Source: an uncultured delta proteobacterium
Lineage (GTDB): Bacteria > Myxococcota > Kuafuiibacteriia > Kuafuiibacteriales > Kuafuiibacteriaceae
NCBI GenBank assembly: GCA_963803435.1
Contig: CAWDML010000006.1
Span: 228,044-292,043 of the forward strand
Direction: 5' to 3'
Length of the DNA: 64,000 bases
Shown: positions 21,513-31,177 of the stretch, piece by piece
Position numbering within the stretch: the first letter of the stretch is position 1
Layout: the number at the start of each line of letters is the position of its first letter
Program-made: the position numbers and the translations under genes
The notes under the pieces: generated by a model
Told to the model about the DNA's origin: nothing
What the model saw: the letters and a program-made list of their open reading frames with translations, nothing else
The model's database searches: none

Positions 21513-23069
21513 TCAAACCCGCGGAATCCGGACCGTAAACCTCGCGCCCTCCGCCTCGATCTCCGCGGTCACCGTTCCGCCGTGCGCCTCCGCGATCGCC
21601 TTCACGATCGCGAGCCCCAGCCCGGTGCCGCCCTGGTTGCGCGCCGTGGTGTAGAACCGCTCGAACACCCGATCGAGCGCGCCCGGGGCCAACGGCGGCC
21701 CGTGATCGCGCACGGAGATCGCGCGCGTCGGCCCCTCGTCGGCGACGGCCAGCTCCACCGTCCGCCCGCCGCCGTGCCGGATCGCGTTGTCGACGAGGTT
21801 GGTCACCAGCGAGTCGAGCTGATCCGGAACCATCTCCGCGATCCGATCCTTCGCGCGATACGCCAAGGTCAGATCATGTCCGAGCCGGCGGTAGCGCTCC
21901 ACCGTCCCCTCGAGGTACGCGGCCAGATCGACCGGCTCGCGCGCCGGCCGCGCCGACTCGATCCGCGCCAGGTCCAGGATCCGTCCCACCAGCCCATCCA
22001 TGCGCACCGCGTCCTGGTGCACGTTCTCGAGGAACCGCCGCCGCTGCTCCGCGGACATGGCCTGCCCGTCCTCCATCAACAGCTCGGCCGCGCCCCGCAG
22101 CGAGGTCAGCGGGGTCTTCAGCTCGTGCGCCGCGTTGGCGGCGAACTCCAGGATGTAGTTCGCGCGGGCCTGGAGCTGATCGCGCATCTCCCGGATCGAG
22201 CCAGCCAGCTCGCGGATCTCCCGCGGTGCCAGCGCCGCCTCCGGGATAGGCTCATCGGCTTGGCCGCCCGCGACGCGCTCCGCGGCCTTCTGGAGGCGCG
22301 CCAGCGGCAGCGAGATCGACAGCGTGAGCAGCACCGCCAGCATCAACGTCACGATCACGACGGCCACCCCGGGAAAGAGCAGCTTGTCCTTCCACAGCCA
22401 GACCGCCTTCTCCACGTCGAGCGGGGTCCGGTTCGAATAGACCACGCCGATCACGCGCTGCCCGGTGCCCACCTTCGCCCTCGGCTCGGCGAACACCGGG
22501 ATGGCGATCGAGACCCGCACGTCGGCCGCCCGGCTCAAGCTGGTCACCGGCGGCGCCGGCTCATCGGAGTAGCGGCGGCGCAGCACGGGCCGGTAGTCGC
22601 CGCGCAAGGCAGCTTGCACCTCCGGGAGATGACCGAGCCGATACCCGGTCACCGTGGAGGTCGAAGCCACCACGATCCCCTCGGGGTCCAGCACCCGCAG
22701 CCCGGTGAGGTTCCGCACCAGCTGCCGCTGGAGCATCGGCGTCAGCTCGAAGCCGGGAACCGTCGAGGTGCGCACCCGGGGCCCCCGCGTGCTGGGCTCG
22801 AGCAGCCGGGCGCGGCCGAAGCGAAGCCGGGGCGAGAACGGCTCGTAGCGCGCCTCGTCCTCGAGCGGGTCGTCGAGCAGCACCGCCGAGCGCGGATCCA
22901 CGATCCGCCGGTACGCCTCTCCGACCGCCACCGCCTCCGCGACCAGCGTCTGCTCGGTGTGGGCGATCAGCGCGTCGTCGAGCAGGCGCATCACCGCCAC
23001 GAAGAGAAACGGGAGCGCCAGCACCAGGAGAAAGATGGTCCCGACCAGCGTCCGGACCTTCGGCATCAC
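21513..23069 (-). CDS. Sensor histidine kinase (HAMP, HisKA, HATPase)
   Basis: AHELKTPLTSLRG, NLVDNAIRH, RDHGP, GGTGLGLAIV. Confidence 0.93.
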   Translation of the reverse strand: MMPKVRTLVGTIFLLVLALPFLFVAVMRLLDDALIAHTEQTLVAEAVAVGEAYRRIVDPRSAVLLDDPLEDEARYEPFSPRLRFGRARLLEPSTRGPRVRTSTVPGFELTPMLQRQLVRNLTGLRVLDPEGIVVASTSTVTGYRLGHLPEVQAALRGDYRPVLRRRYSDEPAPPVTSLSRAADVRVSIAIPVFAEPRAKVGTGQRVIGVVYSNRTPLDVEKAVWLWKDKLLFPGVAVVIVTLMLAVLLTLSISLPLARLQKAAERVAGGQADEPIPEAALAPREIRELAGSIREMRDQLQARANYILEFAANAAHELKTPLTSLRGAAELLMEDGQAMSAEQRRRFLENVHQDAVRMDGLVGRILDLARIESARPAREPVDLAAYLEGTVERYRRLGHDLTLAYRAKDRIAEMVPDQLDSLVTNLVDNAIRHGGGRTVELAVADEGPTRAISVRDHGPPLAPGALDRVFERFYTTARNQGGTGLGLAIVKAIAEAHGGTVTAEIEAEGARFTVRIPRV

Positions 23070-23758
23070 TCGACCTTGCAGGTCCCGAGGCGGTACCCGA
23101 GCCCGAACACCGTCTCGATGGGCTGGGTCCCCGACCCGAACTTCTTGCGGATGCGCTTCACGTGCGTATCGATGGTCCGCTCGGTCACGTGGTTGTCGAA
23201 CTTGTAGGCCCGATCGACCAGCTCGCCGCGCGTGTAGACCTTGCCCGGGTGATCGCTGAGCGCGTCGAGGAGACCGAACTCCGTCACCGTCAGCACGACC
23301 TGCGCGCCGCGCCAGAGCACCTCGAAGCGCTCGGGGTCGAGCTCGAGCGAGGCATGCCTCTTCTTGCTGCTGGAGACCGCCGCCGGCCGCCGGGTCAGCT
23401 CGACCCGCCGGAGCATGGCCTTCACCCGCGCCACCAGCTCGCGCTTGCTGAACGGCTTGGTGATGTAGTCGTCGCCCCCGACCTCGAGGCCGATGATCTT
23501 GTCGATCTCCTCGTCCTTCGCGGACAAGAAAAGGATCGGCACCACCGACTTCTCGCGGATGCGGCGGCAGACCTCGATGCCGTCGAGATCGGGCATCATG
23601 ATGTCGAGGACCACCAGATCGGGCTCGTCGGCCAGCGCCGCATCCAGCACGCCGCGGCCGTCCTCGCGCACCGTCACCTGATGCCCCGCAGTCTCCAGCG
23701 CGAAGCGGACGACCTCACGGATGTGGGGATCGTCGTCGGCGATCATGATCCTCGCCAT
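23066..23758 (-). CDS. OmpR-family response regulator
   Basis: IADDD, LDIMMP, DDYITKPF, RTIDTHVKRIRKK, IETVFGLGY. Confidence 0.95.
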   Translation of the reverse strand: MARIMIADDDPHIREVVRFALETAGHQVTVREDGRGVLDAALADEPDLVVLDIMMPDLDGIEVCRRIREKSVVPILFLSAKDEEIDKIIGLEVGGDDYITKPFSKRELVARVKAMLRRVELTRRPAAVSSSKKRHASLELDPERFEVLWRGAQVVLTVTEFGLLDALSDHPGKVYTRGELVDRAYKFDNHVTERTIDTHVKRIRKKFGSGTQPIETVFGLGYRLGTCKVE

Positions 23759-23885
23759 CTCGAGCCGATGATCTCAGCACGGTACCGCCATCGGAACACG
23801 GCGGGATGACGTGGTTCTGGCCCGCCGTTGCCCTCCAGGGGAGATTCGATGGCAAAGTTGTGGCCCCCTTCGGGAGGGTTGTACG

Positions 23886-26142
23886 ATGCGCCCCGCGTTG
23901 AACCGTTCCGCGCTGTTCTCCCTCCCGCAAGAAGGCGAGTTCTACGGCAAGTACCAGCTGCTGGAGAAGATCGCGACCGGCGGCATGGCCGAGGTCTTCA
24001 GCGCGCTCTCCACCTCGATCGGCGGCTTTCAGAAGCTGGTCGCGCTGAAGCGGATCCTCCCGCACCTCTCCACCGACGCCGAGTTCGTCTCGCTGTTCAT
24101 CGACGAGGCCAAGCTGACGGTGACGCTGAACCACAGCAACATCGTCCAGGTCTTCGACTTCGGCCGGATCGAGAACAACTACTTCATCGCGATGGAGTTC
24201 GTGGACGGCAAGGACATGACGCAGGTGCTCATCAAGCAGAGCAAGCGCCGTCTGACGGTGCCGCTCGAGGTCGCCTGCTACATCATGGCCCAGACCCTCA
24301 AGGGCCTCGAGTACGCCCACACGCGCCGCGGCAAGGACGCCACCTGGCTCGGCATCGTCCACCGCGACGTCTCCCCGCACAACATCCTGGTCTCCTACGA
24401 CGGCGAGGTGAAGATCACCGACTTCGGCATCGCGAAGGCCCGCACCAAGGTCAGCCTGACCCGCCCGGGCGTGGTGCTCGGCAAGTTCGCGTACATGTCG
24501 CCGGAGCAGGCCCGCGGCAACGAGGTCGACGGCCGCAGCGACGTCTACTCCGCGGGAATCACGCTCTATGAGACCCTGACCGGCCGCCGCCTCTTCTACT
24601 CCGAGGATCCGGCCCAGAATCCTCGCCAAGGTCCGCAATCCCAAGGTCCCCTTCCCCTCGCGCTACAACCCGCAGCTCACCCAGCAGCTCGACAAGCTGG
24701 TGATGAAGGCGCTCGCGATCGATCCCGACGAGCGCTTCCAGAGCTGCCGAGACTTCTCCACCGCGCTGGAGGAAGAGGTCCACAAGCTGGCGCCCGGCTT
24801 CAACGACGCCCACCTCGCCCGCTTCATGATGGACCTCTTCGAGGACGAGGTCGGCTCCGAGAAGTTCGCGATGGCCGCGCCACGCCCGATCGAGAAGGCG
24901 ACCGAGAAGATCTTCCCGCTGACCCCGTCGATGGTGAAGCCCAAGACGGACCTCGGCACCATGGACGACCCGGTGCTGATCGCGCTGCGGGAGAAGATGA
25001 TCCAGGACCCGAACCTTTGGACGCTGGTGGAGATCGGCGAGCAGCTCCGCCGCATGGATCGACACGAAGACGCCGAGCGGGTCTTCCGCGTCGCCGGGAT
25101 GAAGTTCGCCCAGAACGGCCTGCTGGTGCAGTCGGTGGCCCTCTACATCCAGATCCGTCAGATCCGCGGGTGGAGCGCCCACCTGGCCCTCGAGGTGGAA
25201 GGCATCCGCTCGCTGCCCGGCTGTGAGAACCGCGCCGTCGGCCAGCGCCTCGGCGACCTCGCCGACGACGAGCTCGGCGAGTTCCTCACCGGCGTGGTCG
25301 AGGTCGGCGGCCCGGCCAGCGGCGCCACCCGCATCATCTCCCCGCTCTTCTCGCTCCTCGACAGCGCCGAGTTCGCGAACCTGGTCAGCATGCTCGACAT
25401 CAAGCGCGTGCCCGCGGGTACCGTGATCATCCGCGAAGGCGGGCCCGGCGAGACGCTCTCGATCATCGCGCGGGGCCGCGTGTTGATCTATTGCCGCAAC
25501 TTCCACGGCAGCAAGGTCTACCTGTCGTCGCTCTCCGACGGAGACTGCTTCGGCGAGTTCTCCTTCTTCACGGGCGAGCCGCGGGCCGCCACCGCCGAGG
25601 CCCTCGAGGACACGCTCCTGTTCGAGATCCAGCAGTCGGAGTTCGACGTCATCCTCGATCGCTTCCCGGGCCTCACCAGCGCGCTCCTGAAGTTCTACAA
25701 GGCGCGCGTGGTGGCCACGCTGCTCGCCAAGAGCGAGGTCTTCGGCGTTCTCAACCGCAAGGAGCGGGAATGGCTGATCGAGCGCTTGCAGCTCGAACAC
25801 CACGCCGCCGGAGAGGTCGTCCTGCACGAGGGCGACAAGAGCGACGGCTTCTATCTGATCAAGAGCGGCGAGGTGGAGGTCTACTCCGACCGCAAGGGCT
25901 ACGTCTTTCTCAACAAGCTCAAGAGCGGCGAGTTCTTCGGGGAGATCGCCGCGCTCACCGGACAGCCCCGGAGCGCCTCGGTCCGCGCGCTGGGTCCCTG
26001 CGAGCTCTTGCGGCTCAGCGGCAAGGACATGCAGGAGCTGATGACCCTCACGCCCGAGGTGAAGGCCATCCTCCACGACCACATCGCCCTCCGCGAAGCC
26101 GAGACCGCCCGCCGCCTCACCGCGGGTGGTCTGTTGATCTAG
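23886..26142 (+). CDS. Ser/Thr kinase fused to two cyclic-nucleotide-binding domains (extra A near 24618)
   Basis: Kinase motifs GGMAEVF, HRDVSPHN, DFGIA, YMSPE in ORF 23811; two cNMP motifs FGEFSFFTGEPRAATA and FGEIAALTGQPRSASV in ORF 24700. Confidence 0.88.
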
Positions 26143-26174
26143 GAGCGTGTAGCGCGTAGCGCTACCGCGAGCCC

Positions 26175-26204
26175 GGTCCCGGTCCCGGTCCCGGTCCCGG
26201 TCCC
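26175..26204. repeat. (GGTCCC)5 hexamer array in the left TIR; inverted variant array at about 27212-27241
   Basis: Read directly from the sequence. Confidence 0.9.
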
Positions 26205-26212
26205 GATGGCGA

Positions 26213-26582
26213 TCATGCAGCCCGGCGTGCGTTCATCGACTTGATGAGGCGCGTGAGCATCTCGACAACGCGCTTGAGCTTGGCTCTGGCGGCTTGGACC
26301 TTCTGCTCGTTGGCGAGTCGGCGCCTCAAGCAGGTGTGGAGTGAGGCGGCGCTTTCGGTGCCAGAGCGAAGTGCCATCCGGTAGAAGCGAGCCTTCTCAG
26401 GTGGATTGAACTCTCCGGCGCCCTCGGCGGTGTCGTTCACGATGGAATCGGATGCCCGGCGAAGCTGATCGCGGACGTGAGCGTGACCGGGTTGCAGTTC
26501 TTGTGCGATCTCTTCAGCGATGTCGGCCTACTCGACGGCGAGCTGGTAGACCTCGAGCTTCTCGTGATCGAAAGTGACTATG
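26213..26582 (-). pseudogene. Four-helix-bundle protein (23S rRNA IVS protein/bAvd-like family) with an in-frame TAG at 26528-26530
   Basis: Hand translation FDHEKLEVYQLAVE*ADIAEEI...VRDQLRRASDSIVNDTAEGAGEF..EKARFYRMALRSGTESAASL; start codon uncertain. Confidence 0.8.
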
Positions 26583-26700
26583 CAAGCCAGCTTGCGGTAG
26601 CTCGTCCACTTTGACCAGCAGAAGGTCTTGGAGGTCGTTTCGTCTGGAATCGATCGTTGGGCGGATCGACTTCGACGCCTGGACTTGATCCCATGGTTTC

Positions 26701-27188
26701 GTGGCGAAGCAATACCGTTCTTGGACTCCGAGACAATCGTTCTTGCTCCCGCCGTCCCCTCTCGAGTGGCTCCCAGAAAATCATCTGGCTGGAGAAAGTC
26801 ATCCCCACTTCACGACGATCAACGCTATCTGAGCGCGACCAACATCGAATTCTGCGACAACAATCAGATCGATGCCCACATCGCTGTTGGACGCGAACAG
26901 AACCAAGACGCGTCGACTCCGTCCTCATCAGCTTCGGAGCCCACACCTGCCTCGCTCGCTCGCAAGCGAATGCGAGACAAGTTGCAAACGCGCGACGGCA
27001 AGGCGGTCTACCCCCGCAGGAAGAGTATCGTCGAACCGGCGCTCGGACAGATCAAAGCGGCACGAGGATTCCGCCGGTTCTCGCTCCGCTCCTTCTTCAA
27101 GGTACGAGCCGAGGGGACGCTCGTCTGCCTCACCCACAACCTGCTCAAGCTCTACCGATCGAAGCTCGCGACCGTCGCGAGCGTCTGA
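26701..27188 (+). pseudogene. IS1182-family transposase remnant (N- and C-terminal ends only)
   Basis: GTG 26701 AKQYRSWTPRQSFLLPPSPLEWLPENHL is joined to AGESHPHFTTIN and then to YLSATNIEFC...RKSIVEPALGQIK...GFRRFSLR...THNLLKL. Confidence 0.85.
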
Positions 27189-27600
27189 CTCAAGGCAGCC
27201 ATCTTCAGATCGGGACCCGGACCGGGACCGGGACCCGGACCGGGGTCGCGTGAGCGCTTACGCGCTACACGCTCCTAGAGGCCGCTTCACTGACAGCTCG
27301 ACGGCATTGGGGAAAGCGGGGGACGTGCACTCCCTATACGACGCCTCGATCGATTTTTTTCGGTCGCGAAGACTTCCATCGAGAAAAGGGGAGTCCGTCC
27401 GAGCGGCGCTGGAGGAGAATACGTCACCCGATCGCTGAGCCCCGGACGCTCCGAACCCGCCCCGCCGCCCGCCGAGCCGGGAATACAGACGCGGCCGGGG
27501 AGGTCATCGAAACCACATCGCCCTACGGCCATTCAAGCCCATTCTCGCGCTCGGATAGGAACCTTCCCCGCATTCGACCCTCGCCACGGGCGCGGGTTCG

Positions 27601-29352
27601 ATGCAAGGATGGACTCCGATCGTGTCGGACGGCCTCGACGCCGGCCGGAAAGTCGGCCCCTACCGCCTGCTCTTTCGCCTTGGCAAAGGTGGGATGGGTG
27701 AGGTTTGGGCCGCGTCCCGCGATGAAGCGCAATTTGGCTTTCAAAAGCTGATCGCGCTCAAAGTCCTGCTCGATAAAGAGAAGAACAGCAACGCAGCCGT
27801 GATGTTCTTCGACGAGGCAAAGGCCGCGTCCGCGCTCCAACATCACGCGATCGTTCCGACCGTGGATCTCGGTCGTGAGGGCGACGTCTTCTATCTCGCG
27901 ATGGAGATCGTCCGTGGGCCCTCGCTGACGGCGCTCCTCCAGCGGCTGGTCATCAACAAGCGCAAGATGACGCCCGCGATGGTGGCTCACATCGGGCTCA
28001 ACATCGCGTCCGCGCTGGACTACGGCCAGACCCGCGCCACGCTCGAGGGCCGGCCTCTGAAGCTGATCCATCGCGACGTTTCCCCGCACAACGTCCTCCT
28101 CGACCTCAACGGCGCCGTGCGACTGACGGACTTCGGGGTCGCCCGGACCGCCATCCAGGACCACAAATCGAGGGTGGGTACCGTGCGTGGCAAGCCAAGT
28201 TACATGGCGCCCGAGCAGGTCGTCGGCGGCGAGATCGATGGCCGGACCGACATCTTCTCACTCGGAATCGTGCTGTACGAGAGCGCCTGCTTGAAGCGCC
28301 TGTTCGGACGGAGCAACCCCGTCAAGTCGATGGACGCGGTGCTCAAGCACGAGCCCACGCCCCTCCCCGAGCTCGTCGACGGCTTCCCGGTGCCGGTCTG
28401 GGCCGCGATCGAGCGGGCGCTCGCCAAGGAACCCGCCAAGCGGTTCCAGACGGCGAAGGAGATGGGCGACGCCCTCACCGAGGCGACGCGAACGCTCGAA
28501 GGCGCCACGGGGGCGCCGATGGAGCTGGTCTCGATCATCCAGAGGAACTTCGAGCCGGACGCGTTCGACATCGAGTCGAAGGTCGCGATCGCGATCGAGG
28601 AGGCGGGCATCGAGCTCGAGAGCCCGCCGCGCGATCCGACGGTCGCAGGGCGCGCGGTCGAGGTGCGGGCGGCGGTCGATCTGGGCGGGACGCGCATCGT
28701 CTGGCCGACGGTCGATGCGGCCAATCCCCTGTCGCCCGAGGCGATCGAGGAGGCCCGCACCCAGTTCCGCGCCATCACGCCCTCGGCTTCGGCCGCGATG
28801 CACATGCAGACGCCGTCGGTGGACCTCACGCCGATGTCGCAGTCCTTCATGATCCCGCGCCCAAGGCCGCGCTCATGGCTTCCGCTGATCGCGCTGGTGC
28901 TCGCGGCGATGGTCGTGACGGCCGTGGCGGTGGTGGTGGTCCAGAAGAACGAAGCCCCCGCGGCGGAGATCGCCAAGGTGGAGTCGCCGCCGCAGACTCC
29001 GCCGCCGGCGCCGAGCATCGAGGCGCGCCAGGCACCGGTCGCCAAGTCCGCCCCCAAGCCGAAGCCTCCGCTGCCGCCCCCTCCGGCGGCCGAGCCCGTC
29101 GAAGAGGTCCGTCCGCCGCACAAGGTGGAACATCGCAAGGCGCCGCGGAGAGCCGAAGCGCCTGACCCGAAGGACGCGGCCCCGACCTTCAAGGAGGTCC
29201 ACGCGATGATCAAACAGCTTCAGGTCGTCGACGAGGAGCAGGGCAAGCGGATGTACGTGACGCTGCTGGAGGTGGGCCGCAACGATCCGAAGCGCCTCGC
29301 CGACCTCCACCGCAAGGTCAAGGCCGCGCTCGCGTCAGCGGTCGCAAAGTGA
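27601..29352 (+). CDS. Membrane Ser/Thr protein kinase
   Basis: LGKGGMGEVW, ALK, HRDVSPHN, DFGVA, YMAPE; TM segment and Pro-rich tail. Confidence 0.9.
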   Translation: MQGWTPIVSDGLDAGRKVGPYRLLFRLGKGGMGEVWAASRDEAQFGFQKLIALKVLLDKEKNSNAAVMFFDEAKAASALQHHAIVPTVDLGREGDVFYLAMEIVRGPSLTALLQRLVINKRKMTPAMVAHIGLNIASALDYGQTRATLEGRPLKLIHRDVSPHNVLLDLNGAVRLTDFGVARTAIQDHKSRVGTVRGKPSYMAPEQVVGGEIDGRTDIFSLGIVLYESACLKRLFGRSNPVKSMDAVLKHEPTPLPELVDGFPVPVWAAIERALAKEPAKRFQTAKEMGDALTEATRTLEGATGAPMELVSIIQRNFEPDAFDIESKVAIAIEEAGIELESPPRDPTVAGRAVEVRAAVDLGGTRIVWPTVDAANPLSPEAIEEARTQFRAITPSASAAMHMQTPSVDLTPMSQSFMIPRPRPRSWLPLIALVLAAMVVTAVAVVVVQKNEAPAAEIAKVESPPQTPPPAPSIEARQAPVAKSAPKPKPPLPPPPAAEPVEEVRPPHKVEHRKAPRRAEAPDPKDAAPTFKEVHAMIKQLQVVDEEQGKRMYVTLLEVGRNDPKRLADLHRKVKAALASAVAK

Positions 29353-30219
29353 CGGGTCGTCCGCGATACAGATGCTGACGATGCGGCTCTCGGGCCGGAA
29401 CAGGAAGAACGCACCGATGCCGGCGGCCACCACCACGGCCGCGATGCCTCCCCAGAAGAACGGGTTCGAGGTAATCCCGGCCGGCGGCTCCGCCAGCACC
29501 TGCTCGAGCTTCGCCGTCTCCTTCGCGTTGAGCGTGACGTCGCCGGCCCACGGATCGAAGCCCGACTTCTTGATCGTCACTTGATACTTGCCGGGAACGA
29601 TCCGCGTGAGCTCGCACGGTGACACGCACGATCGGCCCGCCACCGTGACCTCGGCACCGTCGGGCTGCGTGGTGATGGTCAGGTTCGAGATCTGCCCCCA
29701 GACAGTCTTGGGAAAGACCTCCGGGAGCTGGCGCTCCATCGCGCCCAGCATCGACATGCCGACGGGGACCTCGTCGCCGGCGGCGCCGATCTCTTCCTCG
29801 CTGCCGACGTCCACCAGCCGGAAGCCGAGCAACGTTCCTTCGTCGAGGCGATCGAGCGAGACGGTCAGCAGCAGATCAACCTGCGTGGTCGCGTTGGCGC
29901 GGACCTTCTGCGCAAAGCAGGCGGCCTTGCCGGCACACTCGCGGATCGCGGCCTCTCGCTCCTCCAGCGCCAACACGTCGAGCGGCGCCACCACCAGCGC
30001 CGTGTTCTCCTCGATCGCCTTGCGGGCGTTGCCGTAGACTTCGGAGAGCGGGATGCCCGAGTCTTCGCCGGAGAGGATCAGGACCGCGACCGTCTGCACG
30101 CGCGGCACGGGCGGCGCCTCCGCCTCCAGGCTCGGCGGTTGATCGGCCGTCTCGCGGAGCGGGCTGCCAGGCGCGGCCGCGGTCAGCGCGGAGAGGATCG
30201 ACAAGAGCGCGCGCTCCAT
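29335..30219 (-). CDS. PEGA-domain exported protein
   Basis: LTITTQPDGAEVTV...PGKYQVTIKKSGF; C-terminal TM PFFWGGIAAVVV. Confidence 0.8.
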   Translation of the reverse strand: MERALLSILSALTAAAPGSPLRETADQPPSLEAEAPPVPRVQTVAVLILSGEDSGIPLSEVYGNARKAIEENTALVVAPLDVLALEEREAAIRECAGKAACFAQKVRANATTQVDLLLTVSLDRLDEGTLLGFRLVDVGSEEEIGAAGDEVPVGMSMLGAMERQLPEVFPKTVWGQISNLTITTQPDGAEVTVAGRSCVSPCELTRIVPGKYQVTIKKSGFDPWAGDVTLNAKETAKLEQVLAEPPAGITSNPFFWGGIAAVVVAAGIGAFFLFRPESRIVSICIADDPSLCDR

Positions 30220-30253
30220 CGGGGGGCATCATAGACCATCGAGGTGTGGCGCA

Positions 30254-31066
30254 CTACGCCTCGGGCGCCGGCCCGAACGCCTGACCGCGCTCGACCAGCT
30301 TCTCGGCGGTGGCGGTCTGGAGCCGCTGCCAGAGCGCTCGGAGCCGCGTCTCCGGATCGGCCTGGCTCCGCAGGTAGGTCCGGAGGAAGCGGAGCCGATC
30401 GGTCCGGGTCACCAACCGCGTGTCGAGGAAGTCGCGATTGAGCCGGACCAGGTTCTTCAGCTCGGCGCGCCCCGGGAAGGAGACGCTGCGCATCGAGTCG
30501 AGGTCGACCACCAGGAGTCGGTCCTTCTCCACGAGGATGTTCGCCGGGTGGAGGTCGCCGTGGAAGAGCCCATGAGCGTGCATGCGGGCCAGCAGGGTCG
30601 CGACGCGGACCAGGAGCGCGCGCTTCTCGGCGATCCCCCCGGCGCCGAGCGTGGGCAGGAGCGAGAGACGGCCGTCGCGGATGTCCATCAGGGTCGGAGC
30701 GCCGACGTGCTCGAAGGCTGCGAAGCTGGCGTGGCGCGCCGGCGTTCGCTCGTGCTCCACGTACCCGAGCGGTCGCGGCGTGTCGATCCCGAGCGCCCGC
30801 AATCGATGGGCCCACAGGTGCGAGCGATGCGAGCGCGAGCGCTCGACGGTCTCGGCCAGCCGGCGCAGCCCGGTCGAAGGCCGCGGCAGCGCCACCTTCA
30901 CCACCACGTGCTGGATCGTGGCGGCACTCGGCAGATGCAGATGGACGCAGCGCGTGCTGAAGAGACGCACGAACATGACGCCGTCGGGGAGGACGGCTCG
31001 CCAGGCCTCGAGCGCCGCCAGGCCACCCTGCGCGATCTGATCGAGATCGATCTCGGCGAGGTGCAC
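30254..31066 (-). CDS. Lipopolysaccharide kinase (Kdo/WaaP/InaA-like)
   Basis: GIDTPRPLG, MHAHGLFHGDLHPANILV, VDLDS, RTDRLRFLRTY; frame stays open to about 31175, so the start is uncertain. Confidence 0.75.
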   Translation of the reverse strand: MHLAEIDLDQIAQGGLAALEAWRAVLPDGVMFVRLFSTRCVHLHLPSAATIQHVVVKVALPRPSTGLRRLAETVERSRSHRSHLWAHRLRALGIDTPRPLGYVEHERTPARHASFAAFEHVGAPTLMDIRDGRLSLLPTLGAGGIAEKRALLVRVATLLARMHAHGLFHGDLHPANILVEKDRLLVVDLDSMRSVSFPGRAELKNLVRLNRDFLDTRLVTRTDRLRFLRTYLRSQADPETRLRALWQRLQTATAEKLVERGQAFGPAPEA

Positions 31067-31177
31067 GAAGAGCCGGGAGAGGTCGGCCAGCTCCGGACGA
31101 TGCTCACCGACCCAACGGTGGCCGTTCTGATCGGTGAACGCGAGCTTCGCCAGGTAGCCGATGACCGCCTCCTCGCT

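Larger units (their letters stand above)
26143..27274. mobile_element. Internally deleted IS1182-type element with four-helix-bundle passenger gene (copy 1)
   Basis: Imperfect terminal inverted repeats 26143-26207 and 27209-27274 start GAGCGTGTAGCGCGTA; CTAG on both flanks (26139, 27275); lower GC than flanks; homologous to 39063-40836. Confidence 0.88.

Noticed and set aside
21489-21513. Intrinsic terminator (GATCGA/TCGATC hairpin + T6)
   Set aside because: The T-tract is on the + strand while both flanking genes are on the - strand, and the stem is weak.
26213-26582. Diversity-generating retroelement (Avd-like gene)
   Set aside because: No reverse transcriptase and no TR/VR pair with A-specific mismatches seen in the window.
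26175-27241. GGTCCC arrays as a CRISPR array
   Set aside because: Contiguous hexamers without unique spacers; part of the IS terminal repeats; no cas genes.
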